Below are positions 1-8,684 of a stretch of 59,439 nucleotides of DNA, in pieces. The notes under the pieces were generated by a model. That model was not told where the DNA came from, searched no databases, and saw nothing but the letters and a program-made list of their open reading frames with translations. The stretch lies in contig JBDTQB010000001.1 in assembly GCA_039932395.1 (NCBI GenBank), positions 1 through 59,439 of the forward strand, given 5' to 3'. The DNA comes from Vicinamibacteria bacterium (GTDB taxonomy: Bacteria; Acidobacteriota; Vicinamibacteria; Fen-336; JAGNNV01). Made by a program: the position numbers and the translations under genes. Every line of letters begins with the position of its first letter. Within the stretch, counting starts at the first letter, position 1.

Positions 1-1879
1 CGGCCAGTTCCTTCATGCCCGCAACCTGATCGGGCAGAGTGTTGTCGCGGCCCATCCGGCCGTAGTACGCGTCGTGAAATGACTTCGATCGGCCCGGTGT
101 TCCGGTACCGTCGATCGACACCACGATGAAACCAAGCTCAGCAAGCGCCTGCTTGTCGCCGCGCGAGGCCGCGAACGAACGTCCGCCCACGCTGCCCGAC
201 TGCGGACCCGGATAGGCCTGATTGATGATCGGGTACTTCTTCGTCGGATCGAAGTTCGTCGGGCGGAAGAGCTGGCCGTAGATATCCGTCTTGCCGTCGG
301 CCGCCTTCACGCTGAAGCCCATCGGCGCCTTCCAGCCCGTCGCAAGCAGCTTCGAAATGTCGGCCTTCTCGAGTGGCATCACGAGCTTGCCCATCGCGTC
401 GCGGAGGACGACAACAGGCTCGCGATCGACCGTCGAGTAGGTGTCGACGAGGTACTTGCCGGTGGTCGAGAGCTGAACCTGGTGATCGCCCTCTTCAGCG
501 GAGAGCGAGGTGTAGCCTTTGCCATCCAGACCAATGCGGTAGAAGTGGCTGAGGTAGGGATCCTGACCCGCCTCGCGACCATTGGCGGAGAAGTAGATCG
601 TGCGGGCCTTCTCGTCGATGCGATCAATGCGGGTCACCGGTCCGGGACCTGAGGTGATCTGATTCTTGAGCGCACCCGTCGTGAGGTCATGGAGATAGAG
701 ATGACCCCAGTCGTCGCGCTGGGAATACCAGATCACTTCGTTCGTAGGCCACAGCACGCGGAAGCCGGTACGCGACTCGTACTGAGTCTTCACGGTTTCG
801 TCCATGACCTGGCGGATGTCGCCGGTCGCGACGTTGGCTACGCGCAGGGTCGCCGACTTGTGGTCACGCGACGTGGAGACGAACGCGAGTTGCGACGCAT
901 CCGGGCTCCAGATCATGTCGCTGACCGAGAAGTCGTCGCCGAGCATGGCGCGGTGGAAGTCGGGCTCCATCTTGAAACGAACGGTCGCGCCGGTGTCGGT
1001 GTCGATGACGACGCGGCTCAGCATCGCCACGAACTCATCGCCGGGCAGCGGATACTTCCACGCCTTCAGCACGGGATGCCCGGCCTTGGTCTCGACGAGG
1101 TACATGTCCCCGACTTTGCGTTCGTCCTGCTGGAAGGTCGCGACCTTCTTGGAGTCGGGTGACCACAAGACGATGGCGCGGGCGCTGCTCGTCCAGCCCG
1201 CGTTGTCGGTGGCATAGCCGAAGTCCTTGACGCCGTCGGTGGTGAGGGCCTTCTCCTGCTTGGTGGCCACGTCGCGCACCCAGAGATTCCAGTCTTTGAT
1301 GAAGACCGCGCGCTTGCCGTCAGGCGAAGTGACCGCGTTTCCAGCACCTCGTCCGCCGCGTCCGCCGAATGCGCCAAAGCCACCGCGCTCGCTCTTGGCG
1401 TCGCCCGTTGACGCGCATGCGAGTCCCTTGACGTCACACGACCAGCGCTTCTGTTCGACGTCGAACGAGACGCTCTTGCCGTCGGCTGAGAGTTCGATGG
1501 TCTGGAAGGGCAGCTTCTTGGCGTCGAATGTGCCGCTCGCCGCCTTCGACAACGTTGCCGCAAGCTTCTCGTGATCGAACGCGGGCACACGCGTCTTCTT
1601 CAAAGGATTGACGAGGAAGAATTCGCTTCCCGCCGCGGTGGTGCTCTTATAGGTGAAGCGATCATCCGGCAGCCAGGTGGCGTTGACGCTGCCGCCCACG
1701 ACCAGGGAGTTGACGCCTCCTGCGAGCATCTTTTCCGCGCGTGCGTAGTCGGCGGCGGTGAGGGCTGCGGGTTGAGAGGTGCTACTGGCCGCCGGCTGAG
1801 CGAATGCGAACGGAGCATGCGCCGCGGTGAGCAGCAGCAGGGAGGTGCGAAGGACGGGACGGGAGGCACGCGAAAGCAT
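1..1879 (-). CDS. S9-family dipeptidyl-peptidase IV-like peptidase, N-terminal part (signal peptide plus DPP-IV-type beta-propeller). The catalytic C-terminus lies beyond the window start.
   Basis: My own minus-strand translation from the ATG at 1879 (MLSRASRPVLRTSLLLLTAAHAPFAFAQ...) stays open to position 1. It is missing from the ORF track because it is edge-truncated. DPP-IV N-terminal-like strings: WSPDSKKVATFQQDERKVGDMYLV, WSPDASQLAFVSTSRD, KKYPIINQAYPGPQS, IVVSIDGTGTPGRSK. Confidence 0.85.
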   Translation of the reverse strand, partial: MLSRASRPVLRTSLLLLTAAHAPFAFAQPAASSTSQPAALTAADYARAEKMLAGGVNSLVVGGSVNATWLPDDRFTYKSTTAAGSEFFLVNPLKKTRVPAFDHEKLAATLSKAASGTFDAKKLPFQTIELSADGKSVSFDVEQKRWSCDVKGLACASTGDAKSERGGFGAFGGRGGRGAGNAVTSPDGKRAVFIKDWNLWVRDVATKQEKALTTDGVKDFGYATDNAGWTSSARAIVLWSPDSKKVATFQQDERKVGDMYLVETKAGHPVLKAWKYPLPGDEFVAMLSRVVIDTDTGATVRFKMEPDFHRAMLGDDFSVSDMIWSPDASQLAFVSTSRDHKSATLRVANVATGDIRQVMDETVKTQYESRTGFRVLWPTNEVIWYSQRDDWGHLYLHDLTTGALKNQITSGPGPVTRIDRIDEKARTIYFSANGREAGQDPYLSHFYRIGLDGKGYTSLSAEEGDHQVQLSTTGKYLVDTYSTVDREPVVVLRDAMGKLVMPLEKADISKLLATGWKAPMGFSVKAADGKTDIYGQLFRPTNFDPTKKYPIINQAYPGPQSGSVGGRSFAASRGDKQALAELGFIVVSIDGTGTPGRSKSFHDAYYGRMGRDNTLPDQVAGMKELA

Positions 1880-1970
1880 CTGGAAGCTCCTGAAGGTGGA
1901 TGTTCAAAGGGCGCGAACGTGCCCGCATGTTATCCGCCTTCGTTCAGCGGATTGGATGAAGCTGTCTCGT

Positions 1971-3632
1971 TTAGGCCCAGTAAGGAATGTAGCGGCGGAG
2001 CTTTTGGGCGGCGTTTGGTTCAGCCAATCGGATGACCTTCGCTTCGAGCGCATCGTTGAGGTAGCGGGCGGCCGAGACCGTGTTTTCCGCTTTGACCGCG
2101 AAACGTTCGCGCACCGACGTGATGTTCATCGGCTCGCGGCTTACGTAGCGCAGGCATGCGTGGAGGTAGCAGGCGTGGACCTGGTCAGCTTTGGGCATGC
2201 GCGCCAGGGAGCTGCCAGCGAAGAGGACCACGCGCGTCTGATTCTTGACGACTTCGAAGGCGGGTGCTGGGAGATGTGCCGCTTCGACCTCCGCGATCAC
2301 CTTGTCGATGCCCTGGCCGCGATCCTCAATGTCGCCCACCCGCGCCATGAATGCGGCCACCCCCTCGTTGCGGGACTGCGGTGCGGTATCGAGGAAACGA
2401 TCAGTCTCCATCAACGGCACGCCGGTGTTGGAGACTTCCACTCGATCCTTGAAGATCTCGATCAGGGGTCCGGGTCCCGCCACCGTGAAGTCCTGGTGAA
2501 CGAGAGCGTTTGCGACGACTTCACGCACCGCTTCGACGGGACAGATCGGCGCCGATTCCTGAGCGCCGCCGTGCTCCGACTCGCGCATCGGAAGAACCTG
2601 GGCCAATTCCTTCATCAGCCCCGCGAATCCCACCGCGTAGCCCGAAGCGGCCGTGTACTCATGCCGAATCTTGCCGCGACCTTCGCCCATGTAGGCGACC
2701 ACCCGAACGCTCCGGTCATGCAGCTCGGGGAAATCGCTCAACTGCCTGGCGAAAAGGATCGCGCCAAGATGGGTGATCGTCCACCGATCGCCCTCGCTGC
2801 GGGCCACGAAGGATTCACGCTCGAACGCAATGAGGGTATCGCTGGCCGATCCAGGATCCTCGAGGTTGCTTAGTTCGGAGAGCGCTTCGTGGTCCAGTCG
2901 AGCGAGGACTCCCTCGGCGGTCATATTTTCCGCGGCGAACGTGCGCTCGAACGCAGGGCGATCGAGTAGCCGCACCAGGGCCTGTTCATTCCCGGCCACG
3001 TCCTTGAGCGGTTGCTTGCGACCGCCGATCCGAAGGAATGCGTGGCCCTGGAACTGTGCTGGACGCCCCGACGCCGGATCGACGCGAAGAATCACGATGC
3101 GCTTCCCACGTGCTTCGACCTCGTAGAAGCCGAAAGCCACGTTGGGGGTCAGATGGCGGACGAGCCAGCTCTCCAATTCCTCGTGGTTGACGCTGGCCCC
3201 GGCCGGCACGAACGACGTACCCACCGCGATGCGGGTCCCTTCGTTGATTCCCCAGACGACGTAGCCATGAGGTTTCCCGAGCAGAGCCGCGGTGTTGGCG
3301 AGCGCGGAGATCGACTCACCGATCTCCACGGGAGCCGCGCCGCTGACCTTGATGTCCAGCCAGTCGGTGCTTCTCGGCAGCGCCAACAGGTCTTCGACGA
3401 GTTGAGTGAGGTACGCGGCGGCCAGAACTGGCTTGACGCGACGAGGTGCGCGGGCCTTGGGAGGCTGATGGCCGCCTCCGGAGTCCACGACCGGGGATTC
3501 CGCTGAAGCCGCGTCCACCAACACTCCGGACTCCGCCACGACTTCGGCGGACGGCTCGCCGTCCATCGGCGTCTCGACGGGTCTTACGGACTTCTTTGCG
3601 ATCCGCGGCGCGGCTCCGGCTGGTCTAAACAT
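1971..3632 (-). CDS. AlbA_2 (Schlafen-type) DNA-binding domain plus HATPase_c_4-like ATP-binding domain protein, often annotated as RecG-like or transcriptional regulator
   Basis: 553-aa ORF. N-terminal strings WLDIKVSG..ISALANTAALLGKPHGYVVWGI are typical of AlbA_2. REVVANALVHQDFTVAGPGPLIEIFKDRVEVSNTG is typical of the HATPase_c_4 region. The true start may be an internal Met. Confidence 0.7.
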   Translation of the reverse strand: MFRPAGAAPRIAKKSVRPVETPMDGEPSAEVVAESGVLVDAASAESPVVDSGGGHQPPKARAPRRVKPVLAAAYLTQLVEDLLALPRSTDWLDIKVSGAAPVEIGESISALANTAALLGKPHGYVVWGINEGTRIAVGTSFVPAGASVNHEELESWLVRHLTPNVAFGFYEVEARGKRIVILRVDPASGRPAQFQGHAFLRIGGRKQPLKDVAGNEQALVRLLDRPAFERTFAAENMTAEGVLARLDHEALSELSNLEDPGSASDTLIAFERESFVARSEGDRWTITHLGAILFARQLSDFPELHDRSVRVVAYMGEGRGKIRHEYTAASGYAVGFAGLMKELAQVLPMRESEHGGAQESAPICPVEAVREVVANALVHQDFTVAGPGPLIEIFKDRVEVSNTGVPLMETDRFLDTAPQSRNEGVAAFMARVGDIEDRGQGIDKVIAEVEAAHLPAPAFEVVKNQTRVVLFAGSSLARMPKADQVHACYLHACLRYVSREPMNITSVRERFAVKAENTVSAARYLNDALEAKVIRLAEPNAAQKLRRYIPYWA

Positions 3633-3704
3633 GTGCGCCGATACTACTTTGGCCCTTGGTATCGCCCCTGCTTCGTCCCTGATGAGGATTCGGTTCTTGA
3701 TCCT

Positions 3705-4091
3705 CTACCAAGTGGGATGCATCGGCGTTGGTGTGGGAACGGGCTTGCCAGGCGCGGTCGGCGTCATGGTCGGGACGGGGGCGACGGTCGGCAACGCCCC
3801 GGGGGTCGGCACGACCCTGGGTGGAGGCGGCGTGCGTGGAGTGGGAATCTGTTTCGGCGTCGGAGCGACGGTGGCCGTAGGAACGGCGCCCGGCGTGGGG
3901 ACGATTCTTGGCGTTGGCCCGGGAAGTCCCGGCGTCGGAACGCGTCGCGGGGTTGGGACCACCGGAGGCGGTGCAACGGTGGGAACGGGTGTGACTTGAG
4001 AGGCCGCAGCAGCCGCGTGCATCGACGGCGATGGGACGGCCAAGGCGCCGACGGCGACTGCGAGCGCGACCGCGCATTTCGTGCTGTTCAT
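3705..4091 (-). CDS. Secreted Pro/Thr-rich repeat protein (VPTP/TPxxVP repeats)
   Basis: Signal peptide MNSTKCAVALAVAVGALAVPSPSMHA-AAA, followed by almost pure P/T/V repeats. G/C-rich third codon positions favour the minus strand over the antisense GVGT ORF. Confidence 0.65.
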   Translation of the reverse strand: MNSTKCAVALAVAVGALAVPSPSMHAAAAASQVTPVPTVAPPPVVPTPRRVPTPGLPGPTPRIVPTPGAVPTATVAPTPKQIPTPRTPPPPRVVPTPGALPTVAPVPTMTPTAPGKPVPTPTPMHPTW

Positions 4092-4124
4092 GGATTTGTC
4101 CCTTGTGGTGCTGCGCTCAGCCCT

Positions 4125-4709
4125 CTACCTACGGGCGGTGGGCGACGGGGTGGGTGACGGGGTTGACGGCCTGGCCACCGGCGTCAGCGTTGGCAATGGC
4201 CCCGGCGTGGGTGCTGCGGGAAGATTTGGAACCACGGTCACCGTGGGCAGGGCCGACGGCGGGGCCAGCGTCGGAACCGCACCTGGAGTCGGAAGCGTTG
4301 GCAGCCTCTGGATGACGATAGGCGTGGGAAGGATCGATACGGTCGGGATCGTGTTTGGCGTCGGAACGACCTTGGGTGTCGGGACGGTCTGCGGTGTCGG
4401 CACGACTCGCGGTGTGGGGACAGTGTTGGGTGTCGGGACGGTGCGTGGCGTTGGAACCGTGGCGGGGGTTGGAACGACCCGAGGTGTTCCGACGGCATTC
4501 GGGGTTGGGACCGTGCGTGGCGTGGCGGCAACGCGAGGCGTCGAGGCCGGATTCGCCTGAAGGGCAGGGCCAACGGCTGCGCGCACGAAAGCCGATGTCA
4601 TGGCCGTGATCATTGCCGCGACGGCCAGAAGAATCCAGAACGCACGACTCAGGTGCACAGTTGTATCCGAGGGACGATCAGTCGTTGAACTCCGCAGGGT
4701 GTGGCTCAT
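4125..4709 (-). CDS. Membrane-anchored Pro/Thr-rich hexapeptide-repeat protein, paralogue of 3705..4091
   Basis: The ORF runs to 4760, but the ATG at 4709 is preceded by GGAG (ggagtgatcATG). It has one TM helix (FWILLAVAAMITAMTSAF) followed by about 11 TPxxVP units. The alternative start is 4760. Confidence 0.65.
   Translation of the reverse strand: MSHTLRSSTTDRPSDTTVHLSRAFWILLAVAAMITAMTSAFVRAAVGPALQANPASTPRVAATPRTVPTPNAVGTPRVVPTPATVPTPRTVPTPNTVPTPRVVPTPQTVPTPKVVPTPNTIPTVSILPTPIVIQRLPTLPTPGAVPTLAPPSALPTVTVVPNLPAAPTPGPLPTLTPVARPSTPSPTPSPTARR
4341..4541 (-). repeat. 18-bp-period tandem coding repeat (hexapeptide TP-x-x-VP, about 11 units)
   Basis: Protein string TPRVAATPRTVPTPNAVGTPRVVPTPATVPTPRTVPTPNTVPTPRVVPTPQTVPTPKVVPTPNTIPT. 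The corresponding DNA shows repeated ggtgtcgggacggt-type units. Confidence 0.8.
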
Positions 4710-4853
4710 GATCACTCCTTCCTCCGGACTCGATTCCGAAGACATCCGTAGCAGAAGCACGATCGGTGCCTTGCATCTCTCGATCCACCGAGCCGTCAGC
4801 TCGGCGACAAGTCTCTGGAAAAGAAATGTTTAAGCCAGTCAAGTCCCAGACCC

Positions 4854-6179
4854 TTGTTGAGGCGTTTGTACAAAAAACCAAACGGGGAGGATCCCTGCGC
4901 TATCTTTCGCGCCGTGAACCGACTGCTTGGCGTTTTCCTCGCGCTGCTCGTCACTGCGTGCCGGTCGTCGGGCCCGCTTCAGCCTGGTCCGATCGCCGCG
5001 GATCGCGCGGCGCGTCCCATCGTGATTCTCGTGTCGATCGATGGCTGGAGATACGACTACTTCGGTCGTTTCAATCCTCCGACTTTGACGGCCCTCGCGA
5101 AAGACGGCGTGCGCGCGGAAGGTTTGATCCCTCAGTTCCCTTCGAAGACTTTTCCCAACCACTACACGCTGGTGACCGGACTTCGTATTCCGCATCACGG
5201 GATCGTGTCGAACAACATGGTGGCGCCCGACCTGCCGGGCAAGTTCACGATGTCGGCGCGCGAAGTGACCAAGGACCCGCGCTGGTGGGGTGGCGAGCCG
5301 ATGTGGAACACCGTCGAGCGTCAGGGCGGAATCGCCGCGGCCATGTTCTGGCCCGGTTCGGAAACGGTCATCGGCGGACATCAGGCGACGTTCTGGAAAC
5401 CGTTCGACGACACCATGCCCGATCACGAGCGCGTCGCCCAGGTTCTTGATTGGCTGCGCCTTCCCGAAGAGAAGCGTCCGTCGTTTCTGACCCTCTATTT
5501 CAGCGATGTCGATCACGCTGGCCATGACGTGGGACCGGAGTCGACCACTTCCAAGGAATTGCCTGAAGCGATCGCCAAGGTCGATACCGCGTTGGGCGAA
5601 CTGGTGAAGGGCGTCGCCGCGATCGGACTGAACGGTCGCGTGAACTACGTCGTGGTCAGCGACCACGGCATGTCGCAGCTCAGTAAGCAGCGACTCATCA
5701 TGCTCGATGACTTCATCGATCCGTCCACCACGCAGATCCTTGACTCCGGGCCGGTGCTCGCGATTTCGCCCAAGGACGGCGACACGGAGAAGCTCTACGC
5801 GGCGCTCAAGGGCCGCAGTCCGCATATGGCGGTCTATCGGAATGCCGAGATTCCTGCGATCTACGGACTCGCGGGGCATCCGCGCGTGCCCGCGATCATG
5901 GCCATCGCGGACGACGGCTGGTACATCACGTCGAAGCTCGAGGTCGAGCGCTGGAAGCCCTCGGGGATGCTGGGCGAGGGCGGCGCGCATGGATATGACC
6001 CGCGCCTGAAGTCGATGCACGGCCTTTTCATTGCGTCGGGTCCAAAGGTTCGCAACGACGGCGCGGTGGTGAAGCCGTTCGAAAACATCCAGGTCTACGA
6101 CTTCCTGTGCGTCCTGCTTGGACTCCGGCCGGCGGCGAATGATGGCGATCCTTCGCTCACCAAGGGCTTTCTCCGTTAG
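4854..6179 (+). CDS. Ectonucleotide pyrophosphatase/phosphodiesterase (NPP, alkaline-phosphatase superfamily), probable lipoprotein
   Basis: VILVSIDGWRYDYF, FPSKTFPNHYTLVTGL, GGEPMWNT, FWPGSE, YFSDVDHAGHDVGP and VVSDHGM are NPP-family motifs. Lipobox-like LALLVTAC. An alternative GTG start lies at 4914. Confidence 0.85.
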   Translation: MLRRLYKKPNGEDPCAIFRAVNRLLGVFLALLVTACRSSGPLQPGPIAADRAARPIVILVSIDGWRYDYFGRFNPPTLTALAKDGVRAEGLIPQFPSKTFPNHYTLVTGLRIPHHGIVSNNMVAPDLPGKFTMSAREVTKDPRWWGGEPMWNTVERQGGIAAAMFWPGSETVIGGHQATFWKPFDDTMPDHERVAQVLDWLRLPEEKRPSFLTLYFSDVDHAGHDVGPESTTSKELPEAIAKVDTALGELVKGVAAIGLNGRVNYVVVSDHGMSQLSKQRLIMLDDFIDPSTTQILDSGPVLAISPKDGDTEKLYAALKGRSPHMAVYRNAEIPAIYGLAGHPRVPAIMAIADDGWYITSKLEVERWKPSGMLGEGGAHGYDPRLKSMHGLFIASGPKVRNDGAVVKPFENIQVYDFLCVLLGLRPAANDGDPSLTKGFLR

Positions 6180-6189
6180 GGTTCTTCCC

Positions 6190-7143
6190 ATGGAACCGCG
6201 CTACGTCGTTCACACCGTCTTCCGCGAAGGCGTTGAATTCTTTCTGCTGGAAGACGGCACGCGAGCGGCTGCGGCGAGCGCGCCCTCGCTCGGCAACAAC
6301 CTCTTTCTCTACTCGGCCGGATTGCCGGTCCTTGAGCCCATCGCTTTCGCTGACTTCCTCAAGAAGCCGACGAGCTTCGGGATTCCGCTGCTGTTTCCAT
6401 TCCCGAATCGCCTCCGCGACGGTGCGTTCACCTTCCAAGGCAAGCGCTATGAGGTGAATCCGCCCCGCCACGGTTTCGTGCGTGACAAGGCCTGGAGGGT
6501 GATCGACACGGGGGCTTCGGTCAGCGAAGGTGCCTGGATCCTGAGTGAAATCAAAGCCGAGGATTATCCGCTCGAGATCCTGAGTCAGTTCCCGTTTCCG
6601 TTCACGCTTCAGACGACGTATCGGTTGCGCGAGGCGGCGCTCGAGATCCACGTCGTTGCGGAGAACACGGGGCAGGGCGACATGCCGGTCGGTTTCGGCA
6701 TTCATCCCTACTTCCGCCGTCCGGGCCGGGGAAGTGTTGAAGTTCCCGCGCGAAAGAGATGGGAGTTGAGCGACTCGCTTCCCACCGGAACTCTGCTGGG
6801 TGTGGACGGCGCGTTTGATCTGAGACAGCCAAGGGACATCGCGACGCTCAGCCTCGACGACATCTACGCGGATGCCATCCCGGATGAAGACGGGCTCGTC
6901 CGTTGTCGCTTGCGTGATGAAGTGACGGGCGTACAGACAGTCGTCGAGTTCAGCGCCGCCGAGTTCCCCGACATCGTGGTCTACACGCCTCCAGCACCCC
7001 GGCCCGCCATCTGCATCGAGCCGAACTCATGCCCAACGGATGCCTTCAATCTTCACGAGCGCGGAGTGGATGCCGGCGTGCTCGTCCTGAAGCCAGGCGC
7101 GAAAGCCGAATGGAACGTTCGGATCTTCTCGGAGCCGCTCTAG
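6190..7143 (+). CDS. Aldose 1-epimerase (galactose mutarotase-like) family protein
   Basis: The ATG at 6190 (MEPRYVVHTVF...) lies just after the preceding stop. FGIPLLFPFPNRLRDG, GKRYEV, HGFVRDKAW and GFGIHPYF are typical of the aldose-epimerase fold. Confidence 0.8.
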   Translation: MEPRYVVHTVFREGVEFFLLEDGTRAAAASAPSLGNNLFLYSAGLPVLEPIAFADFLKKPTSFGIPLLFPFPNRLRDGAFTFQGKRYEVNPPRHGFVRDKAWRVIDTGASVSEGAWILSEIKAEDYPLEILSQFPFPFTLQTTYRLREAALEIHVVAENTGQGDMPVGFGIHPYFRRPGRGSVEVPARKRWELSDSLPTGTLLGVDGAFDLRQPRDIATLSLDDIYADAIPDEDGLVRCRLRDEVTGVQTVVEFSAAEFPDIVVYTPPAPRPAICIEPNSCPTDAFNLHERGVDAGVLVLKPGAKAEWNVRIFSEPL

Positions 7144-7190
7144 CCCTTCGACTGTGACGCCCACAGACTCCTGCTCAGGGACCACCCGGC

Positions 7191-7247
7191 CCCTATCAGT
7201 CTGGACTTACGCTGGGCCGCGCTGGATCAGGCGGATGGCGATCGAGC
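7191..7247. repeat. Left copy of a 57/56-bp direct repeat; an orphan duplicate of the rapA 3' end
   Basis: Aligns with 11145-11200 with 3 substitutions and one 1-nt indel (counted by hand). On the minus strand it reads ..IAIRLIQRGPA-TAA. Confidence 0.9.
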
Positions 7248-7311
7248 AACGGGGAAGACGCCGATTCCGATTGAGGATTGGCGAGAAGTCGCCGACAAAG
7301 GGTTGGACGCC

Positions 7312-7746
7312 TCAGGCGGAGGTTCGGCGATGCGGTCCCGGGCGGTCACGGAGAGCGTCAATAACCCGCACGTCTCGAAAAGACTTCAAGCGACGGTCGG
7401 CCGTGAGGTAGCCATCGACTTCATATTCAGCCGCGGTCGCGAGATGCAGAGCATCGGGCGATCTGAAGGGATACGTGGCGCGAATTTCAGCAGCTCGCCG
7501 GACGACCAGATCATCGAGATCGAGAATCAGAATTTCAGAAAGCGCGGCTTCCGTGCGTCGCTTCCGTTCGATGTCTTTCTTCTTGATCGGCCCAACCAAC
7601 ACTTCAAGGACGGTCAATCTCGACGTGACGAGGAGAGCACCCGGTTGTGTGGCGTGCCAGTCGAGCCACCTGCGAACTGGGTCTCGGAAACGGGGGCTGG
7701 CCGCGATGTTGTAGACGATGACGTTGGTATCGAGATAGAGAATCAT
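7312..7746 (-). CDS. vapC: PIN-domain ribonuclease toxin (VapC family), full length
   Basis: MILYLDTNVIVY.. N-terminus, ..S.L...E.. centre, DALHLATAAE and YLTADRRL C-terminal acidic positions. ATGA overlap with the upstream antitoxin ORF. Confidence 0.85.
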   Translation of the reverse strand: MILYLDTNVIVYNIAASPRFRDPVRRWLDWHATQPGALLVTSRLTVLEVLVGPIKKKDIERKRRTEAALSEILILDLDDLVVRRAAEIRATYPFRSPDALHLATAAEYEVDGYLTADRRLKSFRDVRVIDALRDRPGPHRRTSA

Positions 7747-8045
7747 CTATCCCAGTCGCCACGGACCTCATCGATTTCGCGGTCTATTTCTGCGGCGGAC
7801 ATGCTGCCCGGAGGCAGGGTGTCGAGGAGCGCCAAGAATTTCTTTGGATCTCCTCGCCCAGGCGTTCGAGCGAGCGCCGCTCTGATCCTGCGGGAGCGAA
7901 CGGGCTTGGCGATCGTAGCCGGGGATCCTGACTTGTACTTCCGAGTCGCGAGCGCTGGCATTGAGGAGTCCCTTCTACGCTTTGATGCTACTACCGCGTC
8001 AACGGACTCGAGAAGGATGACTGGTTCCGAGGGTTCCTTCATCAT
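7743..8045 (-). CDS. Antitoxin-like small protein coupled to vapC (module 1)
   Basis: Start taken at ATGATG (8045/8042). Its stop overlaps the vapC start (ATGA at 7743-7746). The C-terminus AAEIDREIDEVRGDWDR resembles the antitoxin at 8251..8469. The 122-aa form in the track would overlap the upstream stub. Confidence 0.65.
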   Translation of the reverse strand: MMKEPSEPVILLESVDAVVASKRRRDSSMPALATRKYKSGSPATIAKPVRSRRIRAALARTPGRGDPKKFLALLDTLPPGSMSAAEIDREIDEVRGDWDR

Positions 8046-8254
8046 TGAAGTCCCCACCCCAAACCCCTCCCACGAAGCGAACGGCCTGTCAGGATCGGCA
8101 TCACGAGGCATTCGGCGCGTGCGAGCTGGGACGCCAACAGGGTTCCGCCTGGGGTGTTCTCGGCTCGTTCTACCCAGCTGACGGCAGCGTCATGTTCCGC
8201 GTAATGCGCTTCGACGCAGAGTCTGAGGATGCTCGTATCGAGGTAGAGCTTCAC
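8042..8254 (-). pseudogene. Truncated PIN-domain toxin (N-terminal about 58 residues of a vapC paralogue plus a short unrelated tail)
   Basis: (GTG)KLYLDTSILRL...PGGTLLASQLARAECLVMPI aligns by eye with the N-terminal half of the intact VapC (ILYLDTNVI...PGALLVTSRLTVLEVLVGPI). It stops after 70 codons, so the C-terminal acidic residues are missing. Confidence 0.7.
8045..8070. repeat. 26-bp C-rich (minus-strand G-rich) direct repeat, copy 1
   Basis: ttgaagtccccaccccaaacccctcc versus ttgaaatctccaccccaaacccctcc at 8994-9019, 24 of 26 identical. Confidence 0.85.
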
Positions 8255-8469
8255 CGCTCCCAGGAGTCTCGCTCTTCCTTCAACTCTGCGGAGATCTCAG
8301 CGCCGGTGCGGGTGCCTTTGGGCATGTTGCGAATGTATTCCGACATGGACTTGCGTGGAGAGGCGGGGGCATATGCGACGACCTCGACTCGCTCGACTTG
8401 GGGAGGAAGGGGCGCGTCAAGATGGATGACTCCGTTCTCAACGTGTGCGGCGATTTTGAATGCGTCCAT
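8251..8469 (-). CDS. Antitoxin-like small protein (module 2)
   Basis: The ATG at 8469 is preceded by AGGAGG (caggaggtctgccATG). It reads MDAFKIAAHVENGVIHLD... The C-terminus GAEISAELKEERDSWER matches the module-1 antitoxin. GTGA overlap with the downstream PIN stub. Confidence 0.7.
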   Translation of the reverse strand: MDAFKIAAHVENGVIHLDAPLPPQVERVEVVAYAPASPRKSMSEYIRNMPKGTRTGAEISAELKEERDSWER

Positions 8470-8498
8470 GGCAGACCTCCTGAACGGAACCGATGCTA

Positions 8499-8681
8499 CT
8501 ACGCGCGCCGCTTCGAGAAGGAGGGAGAGTTTCGTCTTCTCTCGATCAGAAAGAGCTCTGGTTCCACGAGGCTGATTCGATCTTCTCTGTAGAGGTAGAG
8601 AAGGTGATTGGCCTTTTCGTTGCCCGTTGTCTCGCGAACAAACCATTTGACCGCGACGCTCGCATCGATGACGAATCGCAA
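8499..8681 (-). pseudogene. Truncated PIN-domain toxin (N-terminal about 47 residues, then an out-of-family tail)
   Basis: TTG start 3 nt after the upstream antitoxin stop. RFVIDASVAVKWF...LVEPELFLIE is a classical VapC N-terminus. The ORF ends after 60 codons, immediately before the SD of the next antitoxin. Confidence 0.65.
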
Positions 8682-8684
8682 GCT

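Noticed and set aside
3631-4560. Plus-strand GVGT-repeat ORFs (3631..3999, 3633..4157, 4081..4560)
   Set aside because: These frames stay open only because they mirror the PT-repeat genes. The minus-strand versions have proper signal or TM segments and more G/C-ending codons. The strand call is not fully certain and is flagged in the findings.
4839-6191. 450-aa minus-strand ORF covering the whole NPP gene
   Set aside because: It is Arg/His-rich and low-complexity with no recognisable motifs. The plus-strand frame carries clear NPP-family motifs. This is a classic antisense shadow ORF in high-GC DNA.
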